A stretch of 63,886 bases of DNA, counting the filler, from Gonapodya sp. JEL0774 (Eukaryota): the NCBI GenBank assembly GCA_027604505.1. It is 3 parts of 3 records of this genome, joined end to end, with 100 filler letters (N's around TTAATTAATTAA, not from the genome) between each part and the next. Parts side by side here need not be neighbours in the genome. Positions count along the whole stretch, not along the records: positions 22,006 to 43,874 come from JADIIX010000243.1; positions 43,975 to 63,886 come from JADIIX010000250.1; 1 more part is not named here. One strand, given 5' to 3'. Below the pieces are notes generated by a model. That model made no database searches and was not told where the DNA came from. It saw only the letters and a program-made list of their open reading frames with translations. Of the stretch, positions 37,601 through 49,698 are shown one piece after another; position 1 is the first letter of the stretch; each line of letters opens with the position of its first letter. The translations under genes and the position numbers were made by a program.

Positions 37601-39723
37601 CACTCAGAGTGATTCTTGTTGATGTAATCTTCAATGGCTGAGCTAGTGATCTCATATTGGATTTTGATTTCATCGAATAAGGAGCTTCTGGGCAGGTAGT
37701 AAGATGCACTTAGCACCTGCATTGTGGATTGTATTTTTTTCAGTAATGACTTAGCCCATACACCGGAGCCAGCAAAATCTGCGTGTAAACGGTAAATTCG
37801 AGGTTCCTTCTTATGAAGCTCAAACTCCGTCTTCACACCAGAGAGCTCTGATAGAAACATGAGGTAGACATCATTTGCTTTCTTTTCAATTGTTCTTTTT
37901 ATTGCATCTTTTCTTGCAAGGTGGTGAAAAGTTTCTAAAAGCTCAATGCTGGGTTCAATTGAGGACACCCCCTCAAATGCAGATACAATGGTGTTCTGCA
38001 TCATAACTTCAAGATCTTTTATTCCTTGCTTGAATGAATTGTAGTCATCATGCCATCCTGTTGCTTTAACATCAAGAATTTGATCTTTAACAGTCCACAG
38101 ATTATCTACTTGCTTTTGGAAAGCAAGCTGAATATCTTGAAAGCCCTTTGTGACTTCAGGACCATGAGTGCCACCAAACGGGGGAATGGGAATACTGTCC
38201 CTCCCATTTAACTTGCGAGCAAACTGCATTTGCCCTTCACACACTTCAAGGAGGTCTCGACATCTCTGTACAAAAGCATCCACTTGGGCAAATATGCTGC
38301 TGCTGTCAAGATCCCAAGGTAATTCACTGAATTTCGAGATGTGTGTAGCTGTTTCTTTGTATTTAGACTTCCAGCCCTCACCGCATTGAATGCTGTCCAT
38401 TAAACACAAAACACTTGCATTAACATCCCCATGAAAAATATCTTCAAGAGAAATCTTGTGGCTACACCTCCTAATGATTTCATTACTGACTTTCCTGAGC
38501 AAACCAGTTAGTTTCTCTTTGGTGTTATAAAACTTAGAGTGTGACCAGATGAATCTTGCAGCAGTTAAAATCTTTGGTACAATTTCCAGAACCTGGCATG
38601 CATCAGCTCTTGAAAGCTCATTGCATGGATCTCTCAATAGAGAAAGATACTTGAGGTTGTCAACAGCCTGTACTGTATGATCTTGAATGAGATTGGACAA
38701 TCTTGTAAACTGCTCTAGATATGATGACTTTGCTGCATCTAATGCGGTTATGATTTGAAGGACTTCAGGTCTTGTCAGCTGCTTGCTTAGGCCTGAAAGG
38801 TCACTGCAGCGACTATTCCAGAAGTCAATTTCCTCCAAGGGCCCAGAGTTCTCAAGAGACTCGGATGTATGCTGACTGACAACATCCTTAATTTGCCTGG
38901 TCCAGTGGATAACAAGGGATTCCAATCTTTGGCAAATTTCCCGGGAGATTGTGGCAGAGCTGATGTCAGACAAATCTTCTGGAGGGACATAAAGAACAGT
39001 CCTGCCATCCATCTGAAAGGTTGCATCAGTTAGAAAAGCCATGAACTTATGAAGTTGCCCAGCAAATTCCTTCTGCACTGTGTTGGGCTTGTTGAAATAA
39101 GCGTTCAGAGAAAGCAAAACAGTAATTGGATGTCAGAACGCAAAGTGCCTACTTCGTGAGGACGTCGAACAACATACCCAACTGTGGTTACCCAGAAATA
39201 AGGGTACATAAATGCCTTGCATTAAGCGAAGCATATTTTCCAACGTTCGTCCAGAAATGGAACCATATCTGAAGTTTGCATTGTTTCGTGTTCATCAATT
39301 CATATGGGAGCACCGACAGAAAGCAGAAGGACTCACTGGACTTTCGCATCAAAAGTCTCGACTGAAATGCGATCTTTCTCAGAGTCACGAACAAAGTACA
39401 TAAGCGCATCGATTCGTGAGGCTGGGACCGTAGTATGAATGTGCAACATTTCTGGGTTCCCGCCGATGTGAAAGAGAACGCGAGACGGTCCCTTCCCAGA
39501 AACGAAATCTTCCACTACAGCATCATGTTCTGCTGTCCAGAGTTTGCGGCGGAATCGCGGTAATACAATGAGGTTTTGGAAATGTTGCGACAAAGGTGAA
39601 ACATCAGGTGAGGATGCGCAACCTGAGGCTGGAAGCCGAAAGACGACGGAGTGAAGTGAGAACTATGGATTCAAAACTTGGGTACGTACAACCAGTATTC
39701 GAGGTTGCTTCGCTCGATATCAT
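25632..39723 (-). CDS. DNAH2: Axonemal dynein heavy chain, DNAH2-like (inner arm I1/f beta type), multi-exon
   Basis: DHC_N1 and N2 regions, [41 protein letters not shown]-loops [24 protein letters not shown] and GVGGSGRQS, stalk, [26 protein letters not shown], and C-terminal [13 protein letters not shown] (stop 25632). The start codon (39723) is tentative. The subtype is inferred from recalled motifs such as [13 protein letters not shown]. Confidence 0.9.
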
Positions 39724-39817
39724 TGGTGATGCGTAAAATTGACTTGTCGCAGTTGCCCGCCCACTAAGAATTCCCCAACGTGAAATTTGTCTGGATTCTA
39801 AAATGCCGTCTCCCTTA

Positions 39818-40588
39818 ATGATTGACTCTCAGCAATTTCAAAGTCCCGAATACTTGAATCTTGTGAAGGCTGGAAATTCAGGAGTCGGAAAATTTGGTAA
39901 AGATCTCGCTCATCTTCATATCATCACTTTCAGATGAGTGATCTCGGACAGAAACGGAGCGCATTTGCACACTTTTAGCTGGGTCATACATCACGTCTAG
40001 TCTTGCACTTCAAGTCTTGCTTCAACTTAACGTGGTTTTCTACCTGTGCTGGCTTCCGGCTGCAACTTGTATGACCTACTGGAAGGCAAGTTTCGCGCAC
40101 AGCCATAGTACAATTCTGTTTCCTTTTGTTTAACATAATGTCGTTTCCACTCTCTGTTTCTTATCCGCTTCAGGTTGTGCATTTTGCATCCTCAGTTTTT
40201 AACAGGTTCTTCCTTGTGTTTTTCGTGTTGACTTTCGCACTTCTGGAGCCGCTGCGCATTTGGCTGGGCTTCCTGGGAAATTTAAAGGAGCGAGTGTGTG
40301 TTTTTCTCACTAGTGGAATGATTCCCCCTCTCACTATTGTTGTGCGCGAGGAAGGTTCCCGAGATTGGTGGCGCGTTTCTGTTCACATGGTTCCCAATTC
40401 TCCCCCTAATTCTTTACTTCGGATACGGACAAAAGTTTATTGGAAATGGGTTCATACTACCCCTGGAGCAATCTCTGAGCATTGTATATTTTCTCATCGC
40501 CCTCCCAGAAGCCTACTTCACATGGAAGGTATTTCGACGACTTATTCGTGTGCAAGCCGCATTGTTTAGACTAGAACCATCGAACTAG
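39818..40588 (+). CDS. TMEM17/TMEM80/TMEM216-family ciliary transition-zone membrane protein
   Basis: SSLALQVLLQLNVVF...ALLEPLRIWLGFLGNLKERVPEIGGAFLFT...ILPLEQSL matches Transmemb_17. Introns at ~39897-39978, 40086-40173 (GC-AG) and 40294-40354. The start is tentative. Confidence 0.85.
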
Positions 40589-40673
40589 TTGATGATTGAA
40601 TTATTATGTGGTTGGAGCACACTGCCTGCCACCCAGGGCAGCCAGTTGTCCGAACCCCGCTGACGCAACCGAA

Positions 40674-42554
40674 ATGAAACTCACATTCAAGACGCTCCAA
40701 CAAAAACAATTCACAGTCGATGCTGAACCTTCGGATAAGGTGAATTTGGCTCCGTACCACTGGTTCAACGGGCATGGTGAAGACGTCGTTCCTTGCAACC
40801 TCCTCTCCTTGCCGCGATCCTGGGCAATCAACTTCTCAAGATATCTGATGTGAAAGCCAAGATTGAGCAGAGCCAGGGGCACCCTGTTGCATCTCAGAAA
40901 TTGATTTACTCTGGTTCGTCGATTGTTCATGTCAGGGTTTTGGAACCCTTCCCACGAGGATAACTTGCTTTCTGGATAGGCAAGGTTCTCGCGGACGACC
41001 AGACTGTGGAGAATTACAAGATACAGGAAAAGGACTTCATGGTTATTATGGTCACGAAGGTGAGATTCCTTTCTGGTGCCCTTGTCGAGAGTCACAGACA
41101 ATGTGGGGTCAATTGCATTTCCTTCATTCAGCCCAAGGCGGCTCCAGCCGCCAGCTCATCATCGGCACCAGCAGTGAGAGAAGCAGCTGCGCCAACTCCG
41201 GCGGTTGCCGCAGTGACCAGTTGTGAGTGTTGCCGAGATGGACTCTCCAACAAGGGACTAAAGGGCAATTCAATGGCAGCGACCCCGACCCCCCCGGTTG
41301 CAGTTTCTTCTCCAACACCTTCTAGTACGCCTGCTGTCACTCCTCTTGCAGCAGCTGGAACTACTCAACCGGCTACACTATTGAATTCGGGAACCACTGC
41401 CGTACCTCCAGCGAACTCTGGGTCGATTCTCGGTACGAGTTGATCTTTCTGGATATTATCAAGTCTTTTTTGCACGTGAAATCACATCTGAATTTCCGCA
41501 GTCACTGGTTCGGCTTTCGAGGAGTCTGTAACCAACCTGATGGCCATGGGTTTCGAGAGGGAAGAAGTGGTGCGAGCGATGCGAGCCGCCTTTAACAATC
41601 CAGATCGAGCGGTTGAATACCTCCTCAATGTGGGTTTCCTATTTCGTGCAACTTCTGTGACTTTCCGAACCCATTCACTTCCCAGGGTATTCCTGCCAAC
41701 CTTCTGCGAGAACCTGCTCCCGCTGCTGCGGCTCCCACCAGTCCGGTTCAACAAAGCAGTGTGGCTGCCGCGGGGGCAAACCCCGTCGCTGCGTCGCAGG
41801 GGCCAGGTGGGCAGTTTCAAAAGTGCATTAATGACTCGTAGCCAAACTAACGGACGTCGGCCTTCAGTGAATCTCTTTGACGCTGCGGCAATGGCACAAC
41901 AACAACAACAGAACCCGGCTGCGCAGGGAGGGGGTGGTGCTGAAGCTCTTGCTTTGTGTAAGATTCTTGTTCTTTTTGTTTCTTGGACTGTGTATGTTCA
42001 TCCTTCACTCGTCCTGTCCTCTTTCTGGGCTTGGCTGATTCAGTTAGAAACAACCCACAGTTCCAGCAGCTCCGCAGTCTCGTTCAGCAGAATCCTCAAC
42101 TTCTTCCGGCAGTTTTGCAGCAACTTGCACAGTCAAATCCGCAAGTTGTTCAGCTGATTAACTCAAATAGGGAAGCCTTCCTCCAGATGCTTGCTGAAGG
42201 TGACGGCGGCGAAGAGGGTGGGCAACCACCGGCAGGTGCCCAGGTGGGATTGTCACCCCCCAAGCCAATGGTAATCATCCTGACTCCGCGCGCACTTTTT
42301 CGGTAGTACATAAGCGTCACAGCGGAAGAGGCTGCTGCAATTGGACGGTTGGAGGCTCTCGGTTTTGATCGGCAGACGGTTCTCGAAGCGTACATGGCGT
42401 GTGAGAAGAACGAAGAAATGGCGGCAAACTACTTGTTTGAACGTGAGTGACGAGATCCCGAAAAACGTGCATATATTTACATGCGTGGGTGACGCTTTTC
42501 ATTTGGTACATTTTGGTGTAAATATTCCTAGACGGACACGACGATGACATGTGA
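40674..42554 (+). CDS. RAD23: UV excision repair / ubiquitin receptor RAD23
   Basis: UBL ([38 protein letters not shown]), UBA1 ([29 protein letters not shown]), XPC-binding ([20 protein letters not shown]) and UBA2 ([34 protein letters not shown]). The last mini-exon HGHDDDM* is inferred. Confidence 0.95.
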
Positions 42555-42573
42555 AGGTGTGGAAGGGGATTGT

Positions 42574-43430
42574 CTAGTTTTGCCGCCGGGTTTGATACTC
42601 CAAAAGAATAGGTAGCATATGAGAGAACGAAAATTCGGGCCATAGGCAGTCAATAAAATGGATTGCTGTATTTTCGCAGACCTGAACACAACAACGCGGG
42701 GGAGGGTAGTGGTGAGCTCGAACTGACCCAGACAATGAAAGCGAAACAGGAATGCACAGCTGGCACTGACCTGCCACAGCAGAAAATCACTCAAGCGGGC
42801 TTCACCAGACGTGCGCACCAGAATATCCACGGGGGGTGCTTCGGCTGTGTACAACCGATCGTCGATGTCGGTGGGTTGGAACTGTCTGTGGAGTGCGAAA
42901 TTTGTTCCTCTCGTCAGCATCCAAGTCCTCCCGAAGGCACCTCGAACGCGAGAGGGATGTCCCTGTTCAACACGCACAGGTCGGTCTCGTTCGCGTCCGC
43001 CGTATCGCTGATCAGTTCCTCGATCGCGGACGCGAGTTCGTGACGGGATGTGTAAGGGATGCAAATAGTGAGGTTGGCTCTGCGAACAAGAAGGTAGGGG
43101 GGAAGGGGGGAAGAGGTGGGCCGTCGTGCGGGCGGGTTGTGGAGAGATCGCCATTAGGTGAGGAGGTCCGTAGGAAGGGGTAAAGAAAGTGTCACGGTTA
43201 CCAACCACCACCACAACACAACACCGCCCACGTTTTCTCGTTCGGTATCACCCGATCCACCCTCCACCTACTAAGCAGGCCCCCCACTCCGACCCACGCA
43301 CCACATACCTCTTGTTCCCCTTGGTCCATTCCATAGCGTTCTCCGCGGCACGACGGACGTCGTCAGGTAAGAGGTCCAGGTTTCCCACAACGCGGACACG
43401 GATGTCGTTCTTGTGGATGAATTCGCTGAG
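42574..43430 (-). CDS. cis-prenyltransferase (dehydrodolichyl diphosphate synthase, RER2/SRT1/DHDDS family), 3' part; 5' part lost in gap or low-quality sequence
   Basis: [74 protein letters not shown]. Confidence 0.9.
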
Positions 43431-43874
43431 GGGAGTGGGGAGGGAGGGGTGATGGGGCAAAAGAGGCGGGGGGAGTGGGGGGGGGGGGGGGGGNNNNNNN
43501 NNNCCTGGCGCGCCGTGGGTCGGCCCGGGGGCGGGGGGGGGGGGGGCGGGGCGGGGCCGGCCCGCGCCGGCCGGCGGGGGGGGGGGCGGGGCCGCGGCGG
43601 GTCGGCGGCAGGGACCAGGTGGCACGAGGAGCGGTGAGCGAGGGGGAACGAAAAAAAGGAGACAAGGGCCATCCACAGAGGGTCTCGAAGAAGCATTGAA
43701 TGTGCGACTCAAAGCCGAGTATGGGGTTTGTCGCCTTCCACGTGCCCGCTGCCACCCACCAACAAGCCGCACTCTCCGCTCCACTCACAACTCCCCACAG
43801 CAGACCGAACCACACTCCTCATCGACCCGCCACCCTGCACCGCATGCCCCCTCTCCACCAGAACACATGTCCCT

Positions 43875-43974
43875 NNNNNNNNNNNNNNNNNNNNNNNNNN
43901 NNNNNNNNNNNNNNNNNNTTAATTAATTAANNNNNNNNNNNNNNNNNNNNNNNNNNNNNNNNNNNNNNNNNNNN
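43875..43974. other. Assembly gap with artificial TTAATTAATTAA linker
   Basis: N-run, ttaattaattaa, N-run. Confidence 0.95.
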
Positions 43975-44060
43975 TGGTGGAGGATGTGGCGGGGGTGTGG
44001 GGGTGGGGGAGGGGGGGGATGAACTTGGGGGGCGGGCAGGGGAAAGGGGAAGGGGATGCG

Positions 44061-44125
44061 GGATGGGATTGGATGGGATTGGATGGGATTGGATGGGATT
44101 GGATGGGATTGGATGGCATGGGATG
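44061..44125. repeat. Microsatellite (GGATGGGATT)n
   Basis: About five perfect decamer copies plus a degenerate tail. Confidence 0.9.
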
Positions 44126-44650
44126 GTATGGGGTGCGGTGTGGGGTGGTGAGAGAGTGTGGACAGTGGATGGGTAGACAAAGGTCACGGGAAGCACACGT
44201 AGATAGCGGTCGGTCGGTGGAGGGTGGAGGGTGGAGGAGATGACGTCCACCAACGCCTCATAGAGGTCGGTCGGTCCTCGGTCCACCAACACCTCCCCCC
44301 ACCCCCACCATCACCCTCGTCCTGCCCTGCCTATTCCCAGTACCACACGACCCCGATCCGAAGACTCACCTCCCTCTCGACTTCCAAGGGGTCCATACTC
44401 GGCGGAAAGGTGTAGGTGTCCTTGTGCTTGAAGAGTTTGCCGGCGAGGTGGGCGAAGGCGGTGCGGGAGGCCTGGGTGGGTGGGGGTTGAGGGTGGGCGG
44501 GGAGCGGGGGGAGTGAGGGAGGTGAGGGGATGATCACACGAGGGACACGGCAGGTCCGACAGCACAAAGACACAAAGACACCCCCCCGCAGCCCCCCCCC
44601 CCAGTCATGTCCTGGTCCTCGTGCTCGTCACGGCAACCGCCACCGTCATG

Positions 44651-45541
44651 TCAGCGACCAATTGCGTACCCCAGAGTGTGAAAACTCTGGCGTCCCAGCG
44701 TCCCAGCCAGCACCAGCACATGCAGGACAGAACGTACCGGAGAGGTGGGAATGTCGTAGGAGCCGCCCGGAGTGAGGGGAGTGGAGAGTGAGGGGGAGAA
44801 CGGGTAGGGAGAAGGAGAGGAAGATTGGAGGGAGTGGGAGAGGGCAGGAGGCAGAGGGGACGGGGATGGAGAAGGGGAAGAGTTTGTGAATTGGGAGAGG
44901 GCTTGAGCAGGGATGGAGGGGACGTAGGCCATCTGGTTGAGGGAAGGAGAGAAAGGGAGGGGGTAGGAAGGGTCGAGAGAGGGAGAGTGCAAAGAGTCGT
45001 CGTCCTTTGCGAGATTTGAAGCGGATCTTCTCCTGCGATAACGGAGGAAGCAAAGGAAGATGACCGCGGATAAGGCGACGAAGAGAGCGGAGCCGACAGC
45101 CCAGAGAGCGATGACGGCGTTTTGAGAGAGGCGGGGTTGTTGAGAGTCCGATTGTTGGGACGAGGCGGGAGTTGGGATGGGGACAGAAGTTGGCGGGGGG
45201 GAGAGCGGGGAGATTGACTGGGCGAGTGATGGGAGGGGGAGAAGAAGGAGAGCGAGGACAAGAGGGAGAGAGAGCGGAGACAGGGGAGACAGGGGAGACA
45301 GTGGCAGTGGTCGTGCCTTGGCTCCCACCACTCCATCCACTGCCACCACCACTTCCATCACTCCCATCCCCGCACCACCACACTCCGATGCCCGTTGATG
45401 TCGCTGTTTTCCCATCGCACTCTCTGTTCCACTCGATTCCACTCGGTCTCTGTTGTCCCTCTCTGTTGTCTTCCTACTCTTGTAGTGTGTCATGCTCGGC
45501 TCCCGTTGCCGTTCTCTCCTATGACTCAGGCCACAGCTCAT
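44651..45541 (-). CDS. Possible single-pass membrane protein with Pro/Ser-rich flanks
   Basis: A hydrophobic signal-like stretch (LPLVLALLLLPLPSLAQ) and a TM segment VIALWAVGSALFVALSAVIFLCFL followed by RYRRRR. No family recognised and exon structure unresolved. Confidence 0.5.
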   Translation of the reverse strand: MSCGLSHRRERQREPSMTHYKSRKTTERDNRDRVESSGTESAMGKQRHQRASECGGAGMGVMEVVVAVDGVVGAKARPLPLSPLSPLSPLSLPLVLALLLLPLPSLAQSISPLSPPPTSVPIPTPASSQQSDSQQPRLSQNAVIALWAVGSALFVALSAVIFLCFLRYRRRRSASNLAKDDDSLHSPSLDPSYPLPFSPSLNQMAYVPSIPAQALSQFTNSSPSPSPSPLPPALSHSLQSSSPSPYPFSPSLSTPLTPGGSYDIPTSPVRSVLHVLVLAGTLGRQSFHTLGYAIGR

Positions 45542-47352
45542 CCCTTGCGGAGATCAGTGCCTCCCCTTATCACCCAATCACATCCTCACATCCCCGCTTC
45601 CTTTCCTTACTCATCTCTCCCTATTGTGATTCGTGCGGTGGTGTCGGGACTTGCTGGCCATATTTGTGTCAGCGTCTCGGCATCGCCAGCCAGCCTCCAA
45701 CGTGAGAAAATTGCCCCTGGAACAATGACAGACCCACGAGGGTCATTGAGCCCTTGAACAAGGACCCCAGCACGCTCAGAATGCACCAGATGAGATATAT
45801 ATCAGGAGATGGTCCCCGGGAGTTTAAAACTGACTGTGGGAAATCAAGAAAACCGAAACACGGATAATTATTTTTGCTTGTCAGACAAGACTGACCCTGG
45901 GAGCGTGGACGCAACCGACAGGTGCAACACACACTCGGGATGCAACCAACCAACGTACCAAACACCAGAACGGCTTCCCCCGCTCACCTGCTCAACAACC
46001 GCGCACGCCATATACTTTAAACTTTGCATTGGGGCCATGGCGCGCTCGATTCACAAGAGTCCCAAGAAGCATTTGATTGTTCTGTATCGCAATCAATCAA
46101 TCCGACCAGCCAGGGACGAGAAAACAAATAGGCGGTCGATCGGGGCATCAAAGTGGCGAAACTTGAGACTGGACATGAATCATGAGTGGGCCTTGACCGG
46201 GGGATTTTGTTTCGTTTTAACTGCTATGTTTTCATGTCGGGTGGTATTAAGGCTAGGTGGACCAGCCGGCAGTGGCTGCGGGACTCGCTGATGGGCTTGC
46301 AATTGAGGGGGTCACCGTTGATCTAATATAAGCCCCGAAGTTGCAGTTTTCAGGGGGTTTTAAAACATGACCTTGTTTGACATTACATGCCATACCGGGC
46401 CGATCATCATGTCATGATGAGAACCACGTCAGCTTTCATTGGCTCAGCCGTAGTCACCTCAAATTCAAGCGTTTTCTTACAACCAATCACAGAAGATGAA
46501 AGATTACTGGGTCTCAGACGATTCTGAGGGGAGTATATGGTGTTCTCACTGTTGCCTGAACCATTCTGGCGGTATGGTTCGCACACGTCACGTTGTTGGG
46601 CAGCTCTTTCTACGGGACCATTCTCACAGTAGTTTGCACCCATTGGCCAGAGGACGTTGGCAGACTGGCCTCCTTTGGAGACAGGGTATGCTTGTTGTGG
46701 GTGATTACGTGTGTTAGATCTTGGAATGCTGGTGAGCAAAAGATCGGCATTTGCATCAAGTAGTACATCTTTCAGCTAAAAGCACGTGGGATTACTAGAA
46801 CCAGATAAGTTAGTACGGAGTGGAGGTCAAGTCCCAGCAGAGGAGGATGGGTACATTCTAGTAAGCAGCATCAGATATGGCTGGATGACAAGCCCTGTAA
46901 AATTATGTGAATAAGCAAACCAGTGAGGGGCAAGAACAATTTGTGGCAGGACAAACAGGAACTGGTTTGTACAAGTGGAACAATCCTTGTATGTTAAAAC
47001 TTGCTTTCATAATTCATCCAGACACATTATGTGTGTGGGGACAGATTTCAATGATGACGTAATACACAAGAAATAGGAGGCTCTCAACCAAGTGCATATG
47101 TCTGATTGCGCTGGACGTTCCAACTTTGGTTGCGTGGGAATCCCCTGTCTCACTTTGGTACTGCAAGCCCAATTGTACTGCTGCACCTATAAGGGTCAAA
47201 CCTGACCATCTTTGCCAAGTTCACCCAACAAGAACGCGACCAACTGAAAACTTCATTCCAGACTACATTTTAGGTACACAAGTGCTCACAGAGCCTTTCT
47301 GAGTGAGAAAATGCTCTCCATTGGAGCAGAAAGCTTCAAATGACAGCCATAT

Positions 47353-49698
47353 GTGAACTCTCATGATTCCATATCTTCTACTGCTATTTTACCACTTCTC
47401 AAGGCACCCAAAGACTTGCCAAAGCTCTTGTTCTGCTCACAAAAACACCTAGCAATGTCCAGATCAGTCTCTGCGCTCCCCCTGACATCCCTGTCCGTTG
47501 CCAACTCGCTCAACACAATCTTCAACGCTCCTCCCAGAGACAGAAACAAGGCCAAGCGGTTGAAAACGGCGTCAGAAGTGGACAACCTCTTTGAGCAGCT
47601 CAAGGAGGAGGCTGTGAACTCCTTGGACAAGGATTTTTTGGTAAAAAACGTGGCACTCACTGAATATGAGAAAATTGTCAGAACAATTGATCCAATCAAA
47701 ATTTATAGGACATTGCATTACTTCTGATGCCAAGAACAACACCCTTTGGGACCTGTTCGTGAGACTCCTCACCGAGATGTCCCACCTGGACAGATTCCAC
47801 ACACAGCCGCTTGACTTGACCGCAATCTGTTTCTGTCTTGAGCTGATCCTTCCCAATGTCCTCCTGCACCATCAACAACCCTGCATACTGCCTGCTTGTG
47901 TCCACCTCCCAACCGTCGTCCTTGGAGTGCGTCCCAACGCAAAATTCCTGACCTCAAAGCTTGCACCCAAACCCACTTTCACTAATAACAGATCCCAGGA
48001 CCTTGGGACAGAAGTCTGAGTGCTGGACATGTCGGGGTCGGATTTGGGGTGTTTGTTCAAAAGGAAGGTTGTAAGAGGTCGTGATAACACCACAGCAGCA
48101 GAAGAACGTGGCCAAGAGTGCAGACCCAAAAAGTGAGCATGCGCTTTTAATGTGGACATGGAAAACAAATGGCTACTTTGGAGTGACAGCTCACATTTTC
48201 TGACACCAATTTCCCCTACTTCATCACCTTGACCCCAGCACTCCATCAACTTTCTGCGTATACATACGACAATTCTGCAGACCTGCCATTGTGACAGAGG
48301 CTCAAGCCACAAGGTACTGGGATGCCTTCCCGGCAGACTCACCTTACGCTGCCACAATCCTTGAAAGAATTGCCAAGGTGCACAAGCTCCCACAAGATCA
48401 ATCTGAGAAGACATGTCCACCACACTACTTGGTGCAGTATGTTGGCATGTCAAGGCGAGGCGATGACATGGATCACGCTTGAGAAGATGCATGTGCTGCT
48501 CGAAGAGGTGAAACGCACAGGCAGTTGCTGAACTGGGTCTGTGGTCACGCCAGGTACTCCCGGATCTGAAGAAGAAGATGAAACGCAAGCTGGTGGAGCA
48601 GATCACAGAGAGCTGGATGAAATTCTGCTACCTGGACAGACCTCCAAGACCATAGTCCGGATTGAGATTCGTGAATGCATGTTTGCAAAACCAGAGCTGG
48701 AGATGCTGTTCCTCGGGGACTTGGAGGAAAGTTTCTGATTGCTGCAGGGAGCCTGGTGGGTATGATATCTACTACAGCCTCCCAAGACCAACTGTGGATG
48801 CCCTGGCAGAAGTGGGACGGTCATTGAGTGAGGGTTGGAGTACAATTTTGGAGCCCCAAGCATTGCGGAGAGTGAGTTTGTGAGGTTGATCCAGTCAGGC
48901 AGTAAACAATCCCAAACAAAACTGACCTCACGCAATCTTTGCCCATCCTGCAGACATCGAAAAATGCATGAGAGGTCTCCAATCTGCCATCAACAACCTG
49001 TATGGAGAGAATGGTGTAGCTTTCAGTGACCACTTTGGATGGAGTGCAGCTCAACTTAATGCCCGTAATATTGACATGGTGCGCTCCAACTTCTCAGCTG
49101 CTTTGCAAACCGTGGAGGGACTGGTGATTGGAATAATTGCAGCCAGGGACATAACTGACAAAGGGCATAGGCTTCTTCTCTCGTTCATCTTGGCAAGGTC
49201 CGGTATAGGACCCTTTGTTGCTTGTAACAGACAAATTGACCTATATGGACCCCTTCTCAAAGATTCAACCATCAACCAACAAGTTTACCTGTCGCAAATC
49301 ATTCTGAACCTTACATTTCCGCCACTCTAAATCACTTTCCTGTCCTCAAGGTCTCGGGCAACGTTACTGGAGCTGTTTACATGTGAAAGCATTTGGAACT
49401 CACCTGACCATTGCACATTCAAGCTCATGGAGAACAAATGTCAGTGTTGTTCTTTGACAAGAACACTCCCCTGCTATGGGCAAGAAGAGACCTGTGAAAG
49501 GGAACTAAGAGAGTAGGGTCAGGAAGCTGCAAGGGGCAAACAGAAGGTGGTGGGCTGTGGTTACAATGGGGACAGTTTAGGAGGATACTGATGATTAGGA
49601 TTTCGAACCTACAAGACCCTTGGAGCCACAAAGCACTGCAGGATTGGTGCAAACAGCAAAACAGCACTTGTGAATGCAAATGTTGATCCCAGCACAAC
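47353..49698 (+). pseudogene. Decayed long ORF in left arm, putative tyrosine-recombinase-like C-terminal part
   Basis: A chain of ORF fragments (47353, 47666, 48291, 48835, 48968) broken by frameshifts and TGA/TAA. It contains ACNRQIDLYGPLLKD and KHLELTxPL...VLFFD. The YR call is by motif resemblance only. Confidence 0.45.

Noticed and set aside
39724..39900. RFX X-box in the dynein/TMEM17 intergenic region
   Set aside because: No convincing GTTNCC-N-GGNAAC match was seen.
43460..43620. Extremely G/C-rich runs suggesting G-quadruplexes or Pro-rich ORFs
   Set aside because: Flanks a 10-N gap and looks like low-quality read ends.
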